From: Phycisphaera mikurensis NBRC 102666
GTDB lineage: Bacteria; Planctomycetota; Phycisphaerae; Phycisphaerales; Phycisphaeraceae
Assembly (NCBI RefSeq): GCF_000284115.1
Contig: NC_017080.1
Span: 1,830,001 to 1,862,000, forward strand
Reading direction: 5' to 3'
DNA: 32,000 nucleotides
In this document: positions 1-8,945 of the stretch, in pieces
Layout: each line of letters opens with the position of its first letter
Numbering within the stretch: position 1 is the stretch's first letter
Program-made: the position numbers and the translations under genes
The notes under the pieces: generated by a model
The model's database searches: none
The model's input: the letters and a program-made list of their open reading frames with translations, nothing else
What the model was told of the DNA's origin: nothing

Positions 1-794
1 GGCCAGAGGTCGTGGTCGCCGATGGCGGTGCGGTTCTGGAACGGCTCGTACGCGGCCAGCCAGCCGCCGAACCGCGGAGGGGGCCCGCCCGCCGAGCCCT
101 CGGCGGATCCGTGCTCGCGGAGGTGCGCCGCGAGTTCGCCCCGCTCGATGGCGATGCACAGCGCTTCGAAATCCTCCGGCCCGTGGGCGGCGGCCATCTC
201 CGCGCCCAGCATCGCGGCCATCACCTCCCCGGCGAAGCCGCGGTAGCGGGCCCTGAATCCGTCCTCCTCCTCAGGCCGCAGCGCCGAGAGCCGGTCGGCG
301 ATGGCGGCGGCGGCCTTCACGCCCTCCACCGGGTCGGCGAGGAAGTGCGGGTTGTCCTCGGGGTGGAAGGAGCCGGGCACCCCGCGGCCCTCTGGCCCGG
401 CGACGGTGCGCAGGTTCGAGGAAAGGTCCAGCCGCCGCTGCCCCTCGCCGACGAAGTCGGCCCGGCCGGCCGTGGCGAGCATCCCCGGCAGCCACGCCTG
501 CTCGAGCCCGAGGCCGACGACGACCAGGAGGTCCGCCCGGGCCAGCGCCTCGATCATCGAGCGGGTCGGCTCGACCACGTGCGGGTCGTCGGGGCCGGCC
601 ACGAAGCCGGTGACCTCCACCGCGTCGCCGCCCACCACCTCCACGAGAGCGCGGGCGTCGGTGGCCGTCGCGCACACCCGCAGCGGCTCAGCGCGCGCGC
701 GGGTCTCGGCGGTGACGAGCCCGACGAGCAGGGCGAGAAGCGTCGCTCGGAGGCGAGAGGAGGAGATGGAGCGTGAAGTCTGGGTTTCGGGCAT
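1..794 (-). CDS. Metal (zinc)-type ABC transporter substrate-binding protein, ZnuA/TroA family, partial (3' end outside window)
   Basis: Manual minus-strand translation is open from ATG at 794 to the window edge: MPETQTSRSISSSRLRATLLALLVGLVTAETRA...VCATATDARALVEVVGGDAVEVTGFVAGPDDPHVVEPTRSMIEALARADLLVVVGLGLEQAWLPGML. Signal peptide plus the 'DPHxxEPT...ALxxADLLVxxGLGLE.W' pattern of the family. Absent from the ORF track because it runs off the window. Confidence 0.85.
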   Translation of the reverse strand, partial: MPETQTSRSISSSRLRATLLALLVGLVTAETRARAEPLRVCATATDARALVEVVGGDAVEVTGFVAGPDDPHVVEPTRSMIEALARADLLVVVGLGLEQAWLPGMLATAGRADFVGEGQRRLDLSSNLRTVAGPEGRGVPGSFHPEDNPHFLADPVEGVKAAAAIADRLSALRPEEEDGFRARYRGFAGEVMAAMLGAEMAAAHGPEDFEALCIAIERGELAAHLREHGSAEGSAGGPPPRFGGWLAAYEPFQNRTAIGDHDLW

Positions 795-853
795 GGTCGA
801 GCGGGCTCGCGGGTGGAACGGAGTCGGTGTCGTCTGAGGCATCACCGGGGCGG

Positions 854-2176
854 TCAGCCGCCCGGGGCGGAGGCACCGCGGAGCGGGGCGTCCGCGGACG
901 GAGCACGTGCCGCCGCCACCGGCTCCGCCGGCTGGCTTTCGGCGCCGGCGGGCTCCGCGGGGCCATCGTCGAGCCCGGCCGGCTGGTCCCAATCCGGCAG
1001 CGGGTCCGGGAAGCGCATCCAGGCCTCGGGCCCGCCGGCGTGCTCGGCATCGGTGAGCAGGCAGCCGTCGAGCGCGTCGCGGATCGCCCGCTCGTCCATG
1101 CCCACGCCGATGAAGACCAGCTCCTGCCGGCAGTCCCCGCCGATCTCGTCGTCCCACCGCTGGGCGACCCAAGCGAGCAGCTCGGGGTCGTCCGGCCACT
1201 GCTCCCGCGGGATGGAGGCGAACCAGTACCCGGCTCTCTCGATGCCGAAGGTCCGGCCCGCGGTGTGCCAGGCGGTGCAGTACTGCGGCCGCGTCGCCAG
1301 CCAGGCGTAGCCCTTGCTACGGATCACGTCCCGCATGACCCCGCCGCCCGCCGCCGCGAGGAGGCGCTCCGGGTGAAACGGGCGGCGAGCCCGGTACACG
1401 AAGCTGGAGATCCCGTACTCCTCAGTCTCGGGCACGTGGTGGCCGTTGAGCTCCTGGAGCCAGCCGGGCATCTCGCTGGCCGCCTCCTCGTCGTAGAGCC
1501 CCGTGCCGAGCAGCGCGCCCGGAGCGACCCGGCCGCGGTCGGCGTGGAGGATCCGCGCGGTGGGGTTGAGCTTCCGGAGCACCCCGTCGAGGCAGCCGAG
1601 CACCTCCTCGGTCGCGTCGGACGCCTTGTTGACGACGATCACGTTGGCGAACTCCACCTGGTCGGTCAGCAGGTGGACCAGCGTCCGCTGGTCGTCCTGC
1701 CCGAGCGATTGCTCCCGGTCGCGGAGGCCGTCGAGGCTGTCGTAGTCCTCGAAGAAGTTCAGCGCGTCCACGACGGTGACCATCGTGTCCAGCTCGGCGA
1801 CGTCGGCGAGGCTGCGTCCGTCCTCGTCGCGGAAGCTGAAGGTCGCCGCCACGGGCATCGGCTCGCTGATGCCGGTGCTCTCGATGAGCAGGTGGTCGAA
1901 GCGACCGCTGCGGGCGAGCTGGTCGACTTCCACGATGAGGTCCTCCCGCAGCGTGCAGCAGATGCAGCCATTGGAGAGCTCCACCATCTTCTCCTCGGTC
2001 CGCGACAGCTCGGCGCCGCCGTCGCGGATCAGACCCTCGTCGATGTTGACCTCCGACATGTCGTTGACGATCACCGCCACGCGTAGGCCCTCGCGGTTGC
2101 AGAGGACGTGGTTGAGCAGGGTCGTCTTGCCGGCGCCGAGGTAGCCGGAGAGCACGGTCACGGGGAGTTTCTTCAT
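854..2176 (-). CDS. CobW/COG0523 family G3E GTPase, putative zinc chaperone (ZigA/ZagA-like)
   Basis: [25 protein letters not shown] (Walker A), GCICCTL (CXCC metal motif), NKASD (GTPase motif), CobW C-terminal domain. Start placed at the internal ATG 2174-2176 of the larger ORF 854..4903. Confidence 0.93.
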   Translation of the reverse strand: MKKLPVTVLSGYLGAGKTTLLNHVLCNREGLRVAVIVNDMSEVNIDEGLIRDGGAELSRTEEKMVELSNGCICCTLREDLIVEVDQLARSGRFDHLLIESTGISEPMPVAATFSFRDEDGRSLADVAELDTMVTVVDALNFFEDYDSLDGLRDREQSLGQDDQRTLVHLLTDQVEFANVIVVNKASDATEEVLGCLDGVLRKLNPTARILHADRGRVAPGALLGTGLYDEEAASEMPGWLQELNGHHVPETEEYGISSFVYRARRPFHPERLLAAAGGGVMRDVIRSKGYAWLATRPQYCTAWHTAGRTFGIERAGYWFASIPREQWPDDPELLAWVAQRWDDEIGGDCRQELVFIGVGMDERAIRDALDGCLLTDAEHAGGPEAWMRFPDPLPDWDQPAGLDDGPAEPAGAESQPAEPVAAARAPSADAPLRGASAPGG

Positions 2177-2506
2177 GGTCAGGGAGGAGGGGAATCGCGA
2201 CGCCGACGAGGCGGCGACGAGACGACACCGGCGGAGGATGAACCCCGGACGCGAGCCGACGGAGAACCGGGCGGCCTGACGATAACCGATTCTCGATTGA
2301 TCGCGTTCCCTCGCTGCGGGGCCGCTCCCGCGGGTGGACTCTTCGGAGGCGAGGGCCGCCCAGCCGGCGGTCACCGTTGGGACGCCGAAGCGGAGTCGGT
2401 AGAGTCCGTCGCCTCCGGGCGGCCGAACCCGGACCGCCCGGTCCTGGTAGTAGGGTGCCCCGCCGCGGTGGATCAGGCGGGAGACCCAACCGGAACAGCC
2501 CGCTTC

Positions 2507-4669
2507 ATGTCCAACGACGTCCCTCAGGAACTCTCGTACCGACGCGCCACCAACGCCGCGTGGGTCGGCCTCGCCACCTCGCTGGCCCTCTGGTTGCTCG
2601 CCGCCGCCGTGTCGGTCTGGACCGGTTCGCAGGCGCTCAACGCGGCCGCGTGGCACCTGCTCGGCGGGGCCCTGGTCTGGGGGAGCGTGTGGCTGATCTA
2701 CCAGCAGCACCGCCTCGAGCGGGCCGAAGCCCTCGAAGCCGAGGAGCTGTCCGCCGACACCGAAACGGCCTCGATGTTCGCCGAGGGCGGCCAGTCGCTG
2801 GAGCTGGCGAAGCGGCGGCTCGAGACGCTCTACCGGGTGGGCATCAACGTCGTCTCCTTGACGCTGGCGGCCTTCCTGCTCGTCGCCGGCGGGATGCTGC
2901 TCTACGGGGCCGTCCGCTCGATCCGCCGGGTCCCCGGCGAAGACGCCGACTTCACCGGCCTGCTGGAGCTGAGCCTGGCCAATCCCGCGGCGGGCGGCCT
3001 GCCGGTCCTGCTGGTCGCCGCCGCGATGGCGCTGGTCGGGTTCCTCATCGCCCGTTACACGGCCGGCATGACGCGGGCGCCGATCTGGAGCCTGCTCCGC
3101 GGCGGCGCGGCCTACCTCATGGGCAACGTCGTCGTGCTCGTGGGCATCGCGATCGCGGCGGCGATCGAGCTCACGGGGAACCGCTGGGGCTACGCGGTGA
3201 TGACGCTGGCGGTGCCGGCGGTGATGATCGTGCTCGGCCTGGAGGTGCTGTTCTCGCTGCTCCTGAGCGTCTACCGGCCCCAGTCGGCCCGGACGGCGGC
3301 GAGCGGTGAGGTCGCGGACGGCGTGCCCGCGACGCCGCACCCCGGCGAGCGTTCGCGGGCGGCCTTCGATTCGCGGCTGCTCGGCTGGCTCACGCGGCCC
3401 GAGTCGCTGGGGCGAATCGTCGCCGAGACGCTGGATTACCAGTTCGGCTTCGACGTCAGCCGCTCGGGTGTGTACACGATGGCCCGCAAGGCGTTGCTGC
3501 CGCTGCTGGGGCTGGCGGCGGTGATCATGCTCACGCTCTCGAGCGTGGTGATCGTCCCGCCGCAGCAGCAGGCGGTGGTGACGCAGCTGGGCAAGCTGCC
3601 CGAGGACGCCATCCGCGATCCCGGCATCTCCTTCAAGGCGCCCTGGCCGCTGGCCTCCGCCGAACGCTACGACACCAGCGAGATCCGCAGCTTCTCGGTG
3701 GGCTCCATCGCCGAAGGCAAGCGGACCGGGCAGGCGCTGCTGTGGACGAACACCCACGTCGAGGGCGGGGAGCGGTACCTCGTGAGTGCGGCGGCCCGCG
3801 GCGCGGCGAGCCGCTCGCAGCGCGAGTCCCGCGACGCCGCGGACGCGTCGGGCGGTGCCGAAGACCGCCGCGCGGTGGCGGCGGGCCTGGTCGGCGGCGA
3901 GCTGGTGATCCACTGGCGGATCCGCGACCTCGCGGCCTACCTCGACCCCGCTTCCCCGCGGCGCCCTCAGCGCCTCCTGGAGATGATCGCCGACGAGGAG
4001 CTGACCGCCTACGTCGCCGCCCGGGACATCGACACGCTCCTCACCACCGCGCGGCTCGACCGCGACAACACGCTCCGGGAGGCGATCCAGCAGCGGGTGG
4101 ACGGCATCGGCATCGAGATCGTCTACGCCGGGCTCTTCGGCGTTCACCCGCCGCAGGACGGCGACGTGGCGCAGGCCTTCCTCCGCGTGGTGACGGCGCT
4201 GCTGACCCAGCGGACCGCGGTCACCGAGGCCGAGACCAACCGCGTGGGCCTGCTCTCGGCCGTGGCGGGCAGCGTGGAGCAGGCCCGGCGGATCGACCGC
4301 GCGATCACCGAGCTCGAGGCCTCCGAGCCCGGCCCCGAGGAGCGGGACGCCGCCGTGGCCAACGTCCAGCGGCTGATCGACGGCGCCGGAGGCGACGCCG
4401 CCCGCGTGCTCGCCGAGGCGCGGGCCGAGCGTTGGCGGCTGGCCCTCTCCGAGGAGGGTCTGTCCAGCAGCTTCGCGTTCGACGTCAGCGCTTTCCGGCG
4501 GGCCCCGGCCTACTACCGCGCCCGCCGCTACCTCGACACCCTCGCCGCCGCGATGCCGGGCGTCCGCAAGATCGTCACGGCGATCCAGCCCGCCGGCGAC
4601 GAGCCGGTCTTCCGGCTGAATCTGGAGGACGAGCAGTCGGGGTTGGATTCGTTCTTGGGGGGGGAGTGA
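2507..4669 (+). CDS. Polytopic membrane protein with C-terminal SPFH/band 7 (HflK-like) domain
   Basis: In-frame ATG at 2507 gives 720 aa. Several N-terminal hydrophobic segments, then [53 protein letters not shown], typical of the SPFH/HflK start. Confidence 0.85.
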   Translation: MSNDVPQELSYRRATNAAWVGLATSLALWLLAAAVSVWTGSQALNAAAWHLLGGALVWGSVWLIYQQHRLERAEALEAEELSADTETASMFAEGGQSLELAKRRLETLYRVGINVVSLTLAAFLLVAGGMLLYGAVRSIRRVPGEDADFTGLLELSLANPAAGGLPVLLVAAAMALVGFLIARYTAGMTRAPIWSLLRGGAAYLMGNVVVLVGIAIAAAIELTGNRWGYAVMTLAVPAVMIVLGLEVLFSLLLSVYRPQSARTAASGEVADGVPATPHPGERSRAAFDSRLLGWLTRPESLGRIVAETLDYQFGFDVSRSGVYTMARKALLPLLGLAAVIMLTLSSVVIVPPQQQAVVTQLGKLPEDAIRDPGISFKAPWPLASAERYDTSEIRSFSVGSIAEGKRTGQALLWTNTHVEGGERYLVSAAARGAASRSQRESRDAADASGGAEDRRAVAAGLVGGELVIHWRIRDLAAYLDPASPRRPQRLLEMIADEELTAYVAARDIDTLLTTARLDRDNTLREAIQQRVDGIGIEIVYAGLFGVHPPQDGDVAQAFLRVVTALLTQRTAVTEAETNRVGLLSAVAGSVEQARRIDRAITELEASEPGPEERDAAVANVQRLIDGAGGDAARVLAEARAERWRLALSEEGLSSSFAFDVSAFRRAPAYYRARRYLDTLAAAMPGVRKIVTAIQPAGDEPVFRLNLEDEQSGLDSFLGGE

Positions 4670-4701
4670 GGTTGCGCGTCCGACGCCTGATCTTGCCACG
4701 G

Positions 4702-4816
4702 ACTGAGCGAAGAAGCGAGGAAGCGGGGAAGCGAAGAAGTCAGCATGTCCTGACGAACGCTCCCTTCTCTCCTGCCTGACTTCTTCGCTTTCTCTCTTCT
4801 TCGCTTCCTTGCTTGC
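4702..4816. repeat. Intergenic long inverted repeat built from degenerate octamers (element O1)
   Basis: Left arm gaagcgag-gaagcggg-gaagcgaa-gaag; right arm cttcttcgctttctctcttcttcgcttcctt. Perfect 15-bp core AAGCGAAGAAGTCAG (4729-4743) / CTGACTTCTTCGCTT (4776-4790), extending outward to about 40 bp with GU pairs and a few mismatches. Confidence 0.85.
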
Positions 4817-4877
4817 CGCTTCTCCCCGACACGCCCCGCCCCCCGCAGCCCCCGCCAAGCCTCCAACCCCTCCCGAA

Positions 4878-5777
4878 ATGCGCAACAAGGCAACCTTCTT
4901 CACCGGCCTCGTCGTTTTCCTGGCGTTGCTCTGCTACACGGTCAGCTACACCGTTCGCTACGACGAGACGGCGGTGGTGACCTTCCTGGAGAAGGCCGGG
5001 CCGGACGCGCTCAAGGAGCCGGGCTTCGGGCTCAAGGCGCCCTGGCCGCTGTCGAAGGTCTACACCTACCCGCGCAAGGTGCAGGTGCTCGAGGACGTGC
5101 AGCAGCAGATCCAGACCAGCGACGGCAAATCGGTGATCGTGGGGCTGTACGTCGCCTGGACGATCGACCAGCCGCTGACCTTCTTCCGCACGGTCAAGAC
5201 GATCGATCAAGCCACCGAGCGGCTGCAGGCCCTCACCGGTGAGCTCCCGGCGGTCATCACCCAGTACCGCTTCGACCAGCTGGTGAATCCGGATCCCTCT
5301 CAGATCAAGCTCGACGAGATCGAGGAGCGGGCCCGCGAGGTGCTCGCCGAGCGGGCGACCAACTACGGCGTGGCCGTGGCCGATGTCGGTGTCCGGGAGC
5401 TGGAGCTCCCCGAGGCGGTCACCCAGAACGTCTTCGCGGCCATGCGGTCGACGCGGGAGTCGCTCGCGGCCAACGCCGAGCAGGAGGGCCAGGCCCGCGC
5501 CAACCAGATCCAGACCGAGGCGACCAGCGTCGGCGATCGCATCCTCGCCTTCGCCGAGCGTGAGGCGACCGCCATCCGGGCCGAGGGCCAGCGGGACGCG
5601 GTGGAGCAGTTCGACGTCTTCGCCGAGGAGCCCGAGCTGGCGATCTTCCTCCGCCAGATGCAGATGCTCCGCGAGGTCCTGCCCTACCGCACCACCTTCA
5701 TCCTCGACGCGAACGAGCTCGAGGCGCTCTCGCCCCTGCGGGCGGAGCAGGCCGACGGGGAGGGGGGGCAGCAATGA
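4878..5777 (+). CDS. SPFH domain protein, HflC-like
   Basis: [72 protein letters not shown]...; 299 aa from ATG 4878. Confidence 0.85.
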   Translation: MRNKATFFTGLVVFLALLCYTVSYTVRYDETAVVTFLEKAGPDALKEPGFGLKAPWPLSKVYTYPRKVQVLEDVQQQIQTSDGKSVIVGLYVAWTIDQPLTFFRTVKTIDQATERLQALTGELPAVITQYRFDQLVNPDPSQIKLDEIEERAREVLAERATNYGVAVADVGVRELELPEAVTQNVFAAMRSTRESLAANAEQEGQARANQIQTEATSVGDRILAFAEREATAIRAEGQRDAVEQFDVFAEEPELAIFLRQMQMLREVLPYRTTFILDANELEALSPLRAEQADGEGGQQ

Positions 5778-7201
5778 GCGAGCACGATCCCCACGCAGAG
5801 GGCACCCCGCCGCCGGTCGACGGGAGCCCGCCCGCGGGCGACCCGCCGGCCGCGCCCGACGCGCCGCCGTCGGAGGCGGCGCCGATCGCGATCCGGGCGC
5901 CCGAGGCTCCCGACGGCGGCGTCGACCCCGGCCAGCAGTCCCTCGCCGATGCGCTGAAGGTCAGCTTTGCGCTGCTGAAGGTGGTGATGATCGGCCTGGT
6001 CGTCCTCTACGCGCTCTCGGGGATCTACCGCGTGGAGTCGCAGGAGCAGGCGGTCGAGCTGTTCATGGGCCGCATCGTCGGCGAGGGCGAAGAGCGGGTG
6101 AAGGACGAGGGATTCCATCTCGCCTGGCCCTTCCCGCTGGGCGCCGTCATCAAGGTGCCGACCTCGACGCAGACGGTGAACCTGAACCAGGCCTTCCTCT
6201 TTGAGATCCGCGATCAGGACCGGGGGCGCACCTACGACGAGCTCGCCGCCGGAGGCGCGCGCGGCCCGCTCAACCCCGAGCGAGACGGCTCGCTGATCAC
6301 CGCCGACAACAACCTCGTGCACGGCGTCTTCCGGGCCAGCTACGCGATCACCGACGCCGGCGACTACATCACCAACGTCGGCGACGCCGCGAACCCCCGG
6401 GACCGTCAGCGGCTGGCCGACCTGCTCGAGAGCGTGCTGCGGTCGTCGATCATCCGGGCCGTGGCCGCCACGCCCAGCGACGACTTCATCGGCGGCCGGG
6501 CCAACCAGGACGTCGCCCGCCGCGACGCCCAGGCCACGCTGGACAAGCTGGGCACCGGCATCACGCTCAACGAGCTGACGCTGGAGCGGCCGACGATGCC
6601 GCTGCCGGTCCGCGACGCGTACAACCTCGTCGCCCAGGCGGAGAATCGCCGGAATGAGGCGGTCAACACCGCCGAGACCCGCCGCCGCGAGCTGCTGGGC
6701 CGGGCCGGCGGGGCGGCGGCACTGCCCGCACCCGGCGGCGGCGACGGCCCGCTGGTGCGCCTCGTCAAGGAGTACGAGCTGGCCAGCGCCGCCAACGATC
6801 AGCAAGAGAAGCGGCGGCTGGGCGAGGCGCTGTCCAGCGCGTTCCGCGAGCTTCGGATCGACGGCGGCGAGCGGGGTCCGCTGAATCTCTCCGGTGAGGC
6901 CGCCGGCCGCATCAACCGGGCCAAGACCGAACGAACCGCCGCCGTGCAGGAGATCACCGCCGAGGCCGAGCAGTTCGCCAAGCTGCTGCCGCGCTGGCGG
7001 GCCAACCCCGAGCTGTTCAAGCAGCTCACCTGGGCCCGCACGCGCGCGGACATCTTCTCCGACGGCAGCGACATCGAGACCTTCCTCGCCCCCGAGGGCC
7101 AGCTCTACCTCGAGCTCAACCGCGACCCCGACATCCAGCGCCAGCGCGAACGCGACCGCATCGCCACCGAACGCGCCGAGCGCGAGGGGAGACCGGGGTG
7201 A
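5774..7201 (+). CDS. SPFH domain protein, HflK-like
   Basis: 475 aa ORF; YRVESQEQAVELFMGRIVGEGEERVKDEGFHLAWPFPLGAVIKVPTSTQTVNLNQAF; ATGA overlap with the upstream HflC-like gene. Confidence 0.85.
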   Translation: MSEHDPHAEGTPPPVDGSPPAGDPPAAPDAPPSEAAPIAIRAPEAPDGGVDPGQQSLADALKVSFALLKVVMIGLVVLYALSGIYRVESQEQAVELFMGRIVGEGEERVKDEGFHLAWPFPLGAVIKVPTSTQTVNLNQAFLFEIRDQDRGRTYDELAAGGARGPLNPERDGSLITADNNLVHGVFRASYAITDAGDYITNVGDAANPRDRQRLADLLESVLRSSIIRAVAATPSDDFIGGRANQDVARRDAQATLDKLGTGITLNELTLERPTMPLPVRDAYNLVAQAENRRNEAVNTAETRRRELLGRAGGAAALPAPGGGDGPLVRLVKEYELASAANDQQEKRRLGEALSSAFRELRIDGGERGPLNLSGEAAGRINRAKTERTAAVQEITAEAEQFAKLLPRWRANPELFKQLTWARTRADIFSDGSDIETFLAPEGQLYLELNRDPDIQRQRERDRIATERAEREGRPG

Positions 7202-7207
7202 GCAGGG

Positions 7208-7390
7208 CAAGAGACGAAGAGACGAAGAGACGAAGAGACGAAGACGGGCAGGCCGAGGCAGATTGTCTCCCGCCCTTCTGTCTTCGTCTCTGGACTTGGG
7301 TCTCTGACGCCGCACCCGCGTCGAGGAGCGGCTGTCGGCGCTTGGCCCGTGGTGGACGCCCGCCGCGTCTCTTCGTCTCTTCGTCTCTTG
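7208..7390. repeat. Intergenic octamer-based inverted repeat (element O2)
   Basis: (GAGACGAA)x4 at 7211-7242. Perfect 25-bp inverted repeat CAAGAGACGAAGAGACGAAGAGACG (7208-7232) / CGTCTCTTCGTCTCTTCGTCTCTTG (7366-7390). An inner arm (tcttcgtctc, ~7281-7290) can pair alternatively. Confidence 0.92.
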
Positions 7391-7448
7391 CTCCTCGTCG
7401 GCCAAGGCCCGCTGCTTTCCCCCGAACCCGTCCGGAGACCCGGAGGCA

Positions 7449-8627
7449 ATGATGTCGAACCCCGCCCCCCCCCACATCGTCTGCCAGAAGCTGTCCAAGA
7501 CGTTCAAAGACTTCTGGATGCGGGACCGCGTCAAGGCGGTGGACGCGGTGGACCTGGAGGTCCGGCCCGGCGAGGTCTTCGGGCTGCTCGGGCCCAACGG
7601 CTCGGGCAAGTCGACCACCATCAAGATGATCCTCGGCCTGCTGCACCCGAGCTCCGGCCGGGTCCAGGTGCTCGGCCGCAGCCCGCGCGACACCGAGGCG
7701 AAGGAGCAGCTGGGCTACCTGCCCGAGGAGAGCTACCTCTACCGCTTCCTCTCCGCGCGGGAGACGCTGGAGTACTACGGCAAGCTGTTCGGGATCGACC
7801 GCCGCACGCGGCTCAACCGCATCGACATGCTGCTGGAGATGGTCGGCCTGGACAAGGTCCAGCGGCGGCCGATCGGCGAGTACTCCAAGGGCATGCAGCG
7901 GCGCATCGGTCTGGCCCAGGCGCTCATCAACGACCCCAAGCTGCTCGTCCTCGACGAGCCGACCACGGGCATGGACCCGATCGGCACGCGGCAGATCAAG
8001 GACCTCATCCTGCGGCTCAAGGAGAGCGGCAAGACGGTGCTGCTGTGCAGCCACCTGCTCGGCGACGTGGAGGACGTGACCGACCGCTGCGCCATCATGT
8101 TCGGCGGCCGGGTGCGGAAGGCCGGCACGATCGACGAGCTGCTCGCCCGCCAGGACGAGACGCAGATCGTGACCCACGCGTTGTCTTCGGAGGAAGAGGA
8201 GCAGGCCGTCACCGCGCTGGAGTCCCGCGGCCTCACCGACGTCTCGATCCGGCGCGGCCGCCAGAAGCTCGAGACGCTCTTCCTGGACATGGTCACCCAG
8301 GCCCAGGCCGAGGGCGTCGCCACCGCCGGCGCCGGCAACGCGGGCACCGTCGCCACCTTCCTCACCGAACGCCACGCCGACGCCGCGGACGCCAAGCCCG
8401 GCTCCTCCGCCACCGTCCTCGACGACCTCGTCCAGGACGAGCCCGAGGAGCCGGCCAAGCGGGAAGTCGTCGTCGAAGAGGTCAAGCCCCAGCCCGATGC
8501 CGCCGTCCTCTCCAACCTCGCCGAAGACAACCCGCGGACCGAGCCCGAAAAAGCCCCCGAACCTCCACGGTCCGCGGATCCCCCCAAGAAGCCCGCCGAC
8601 CGCTCCGTCCTCGACGATCTGCTTTGA
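7449..8627 (+). CDS. ABC transporter ATP-binding protein with Pro/Glu/Lys-rich C-terminal extension
   Basis: 392 aa; Walker A GLLGPNGSGKSTT, signature YSKGMQRRIGLAQAL, Walker B LLVLDEPTTGMDP. Confidence 0.95.
   Translation: MMSNPAPPHIVCQKLSKTFKDFWMRDRVKAVDAVDLEVRPGEVFGLLGPNGSGKSTTIKMILGLLHPSSGRVQVLGRSPRDTEAKEQLGYLPEESYLYRFLSARETLEYYGKLFGIDRRTRLNRIDMLLEMVGLDKVQRRPIGEYSKGMQRRIGLAQALINDPKLLVLDEPTTGMDPIGTRQIKDLILRLKESGKTVLLCSHLLGDVEDVTDRCAIMFGGRVRKAGTIDELLARQDETQIVTHALSSEEEEQAVTALESRGLTDVSIRRGRQKLETLFLDMVTQAQAEGVATAGAGNAGTVATFLTERHADAADAKPGSSATVLDDLVQDEPEEPAKREVVVEEVKPQPDAAVLSNLAEDNPRTEPEKAPEPPRSADPPKKPADRSVLDDLL
8532..8577. repeat. 46-bp inverted-repeat element, copy 1 (inside the 3' end of the ABC ATPase CDS)
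   Basis: CCGCGGACCG (8532-8541) - N26 agcccgaaaaagcccccgaacctcca - CGGTCCGCGG (8568-8577). Confidence 0.85.
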
Positions 8628-8656
8628 AGATTGGAAGCGGTACGAGCAGCGCTTCG

Positions 8657-8887
8657 CTGAACCACAGAGAGGGAAGAGATCGAGGAGGACACGGAGACAG
8701 AGGAAGACGGGAGCGAAGGCAACTCGCACAGCGTCGACGATCCGGGGCTGCTGGCTCTCTCGACTCCGATTGTCCGGGCCCCCGGAGTCGACAGAGACGC
8801 TTGACGATCCTGAAGGTCCCTCGTTCGCGTTCCGTTCAACATCTTCTCTGTGTGCTCTCCCCCTCTGTTCTCTCTTGGTGGTTGAGC
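8657..8887. repeat. Intergenic octamer-like inverted repeat (element O3)
   Basis: Left aaccacagagagggaagagatcgaggaggacacggagacagaggaagac; right atcttctctgtgtgctctccccctctgttctctcttggtggtt (its reverse complement aaccaccaagagagaacagagggggagagcacacagagaagat is similar). Inner hairpin CGACTCCG...CGGAGTCG at about 8761-8791. Confidence 0.7.
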
Positions 8888-8945
8888 GAGGCGCCTCCCG
8901 GACGTAGCTGAGATCTTCACGAGAGACCGTCGCGAACCAACCCCC

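Noticed and set aside
72-117. Possible sixth copy of the 46-bp element near accgcggagg
   Set aside because: Left arm only partly matches and the expected right arm (108-117, tccgtgctcg) does not pair.
2230-2340. AT-richer patch gataaccgattctcgattgatcgcg upstream of the CobW gene as a Zur box
   Set aside because: Only a weak, imperfect dyad (AACCGAT / ATCGCGTT). Not convincing without comparative data.
854-4903. 1349-aa minus-strand ORF
   Set aside because: Only the 3' part (854-2176) is a real gene (CobW family). The upstream extension is antisense to the SPFH gene and is low-complexity, a product of high GC and few stop codons.
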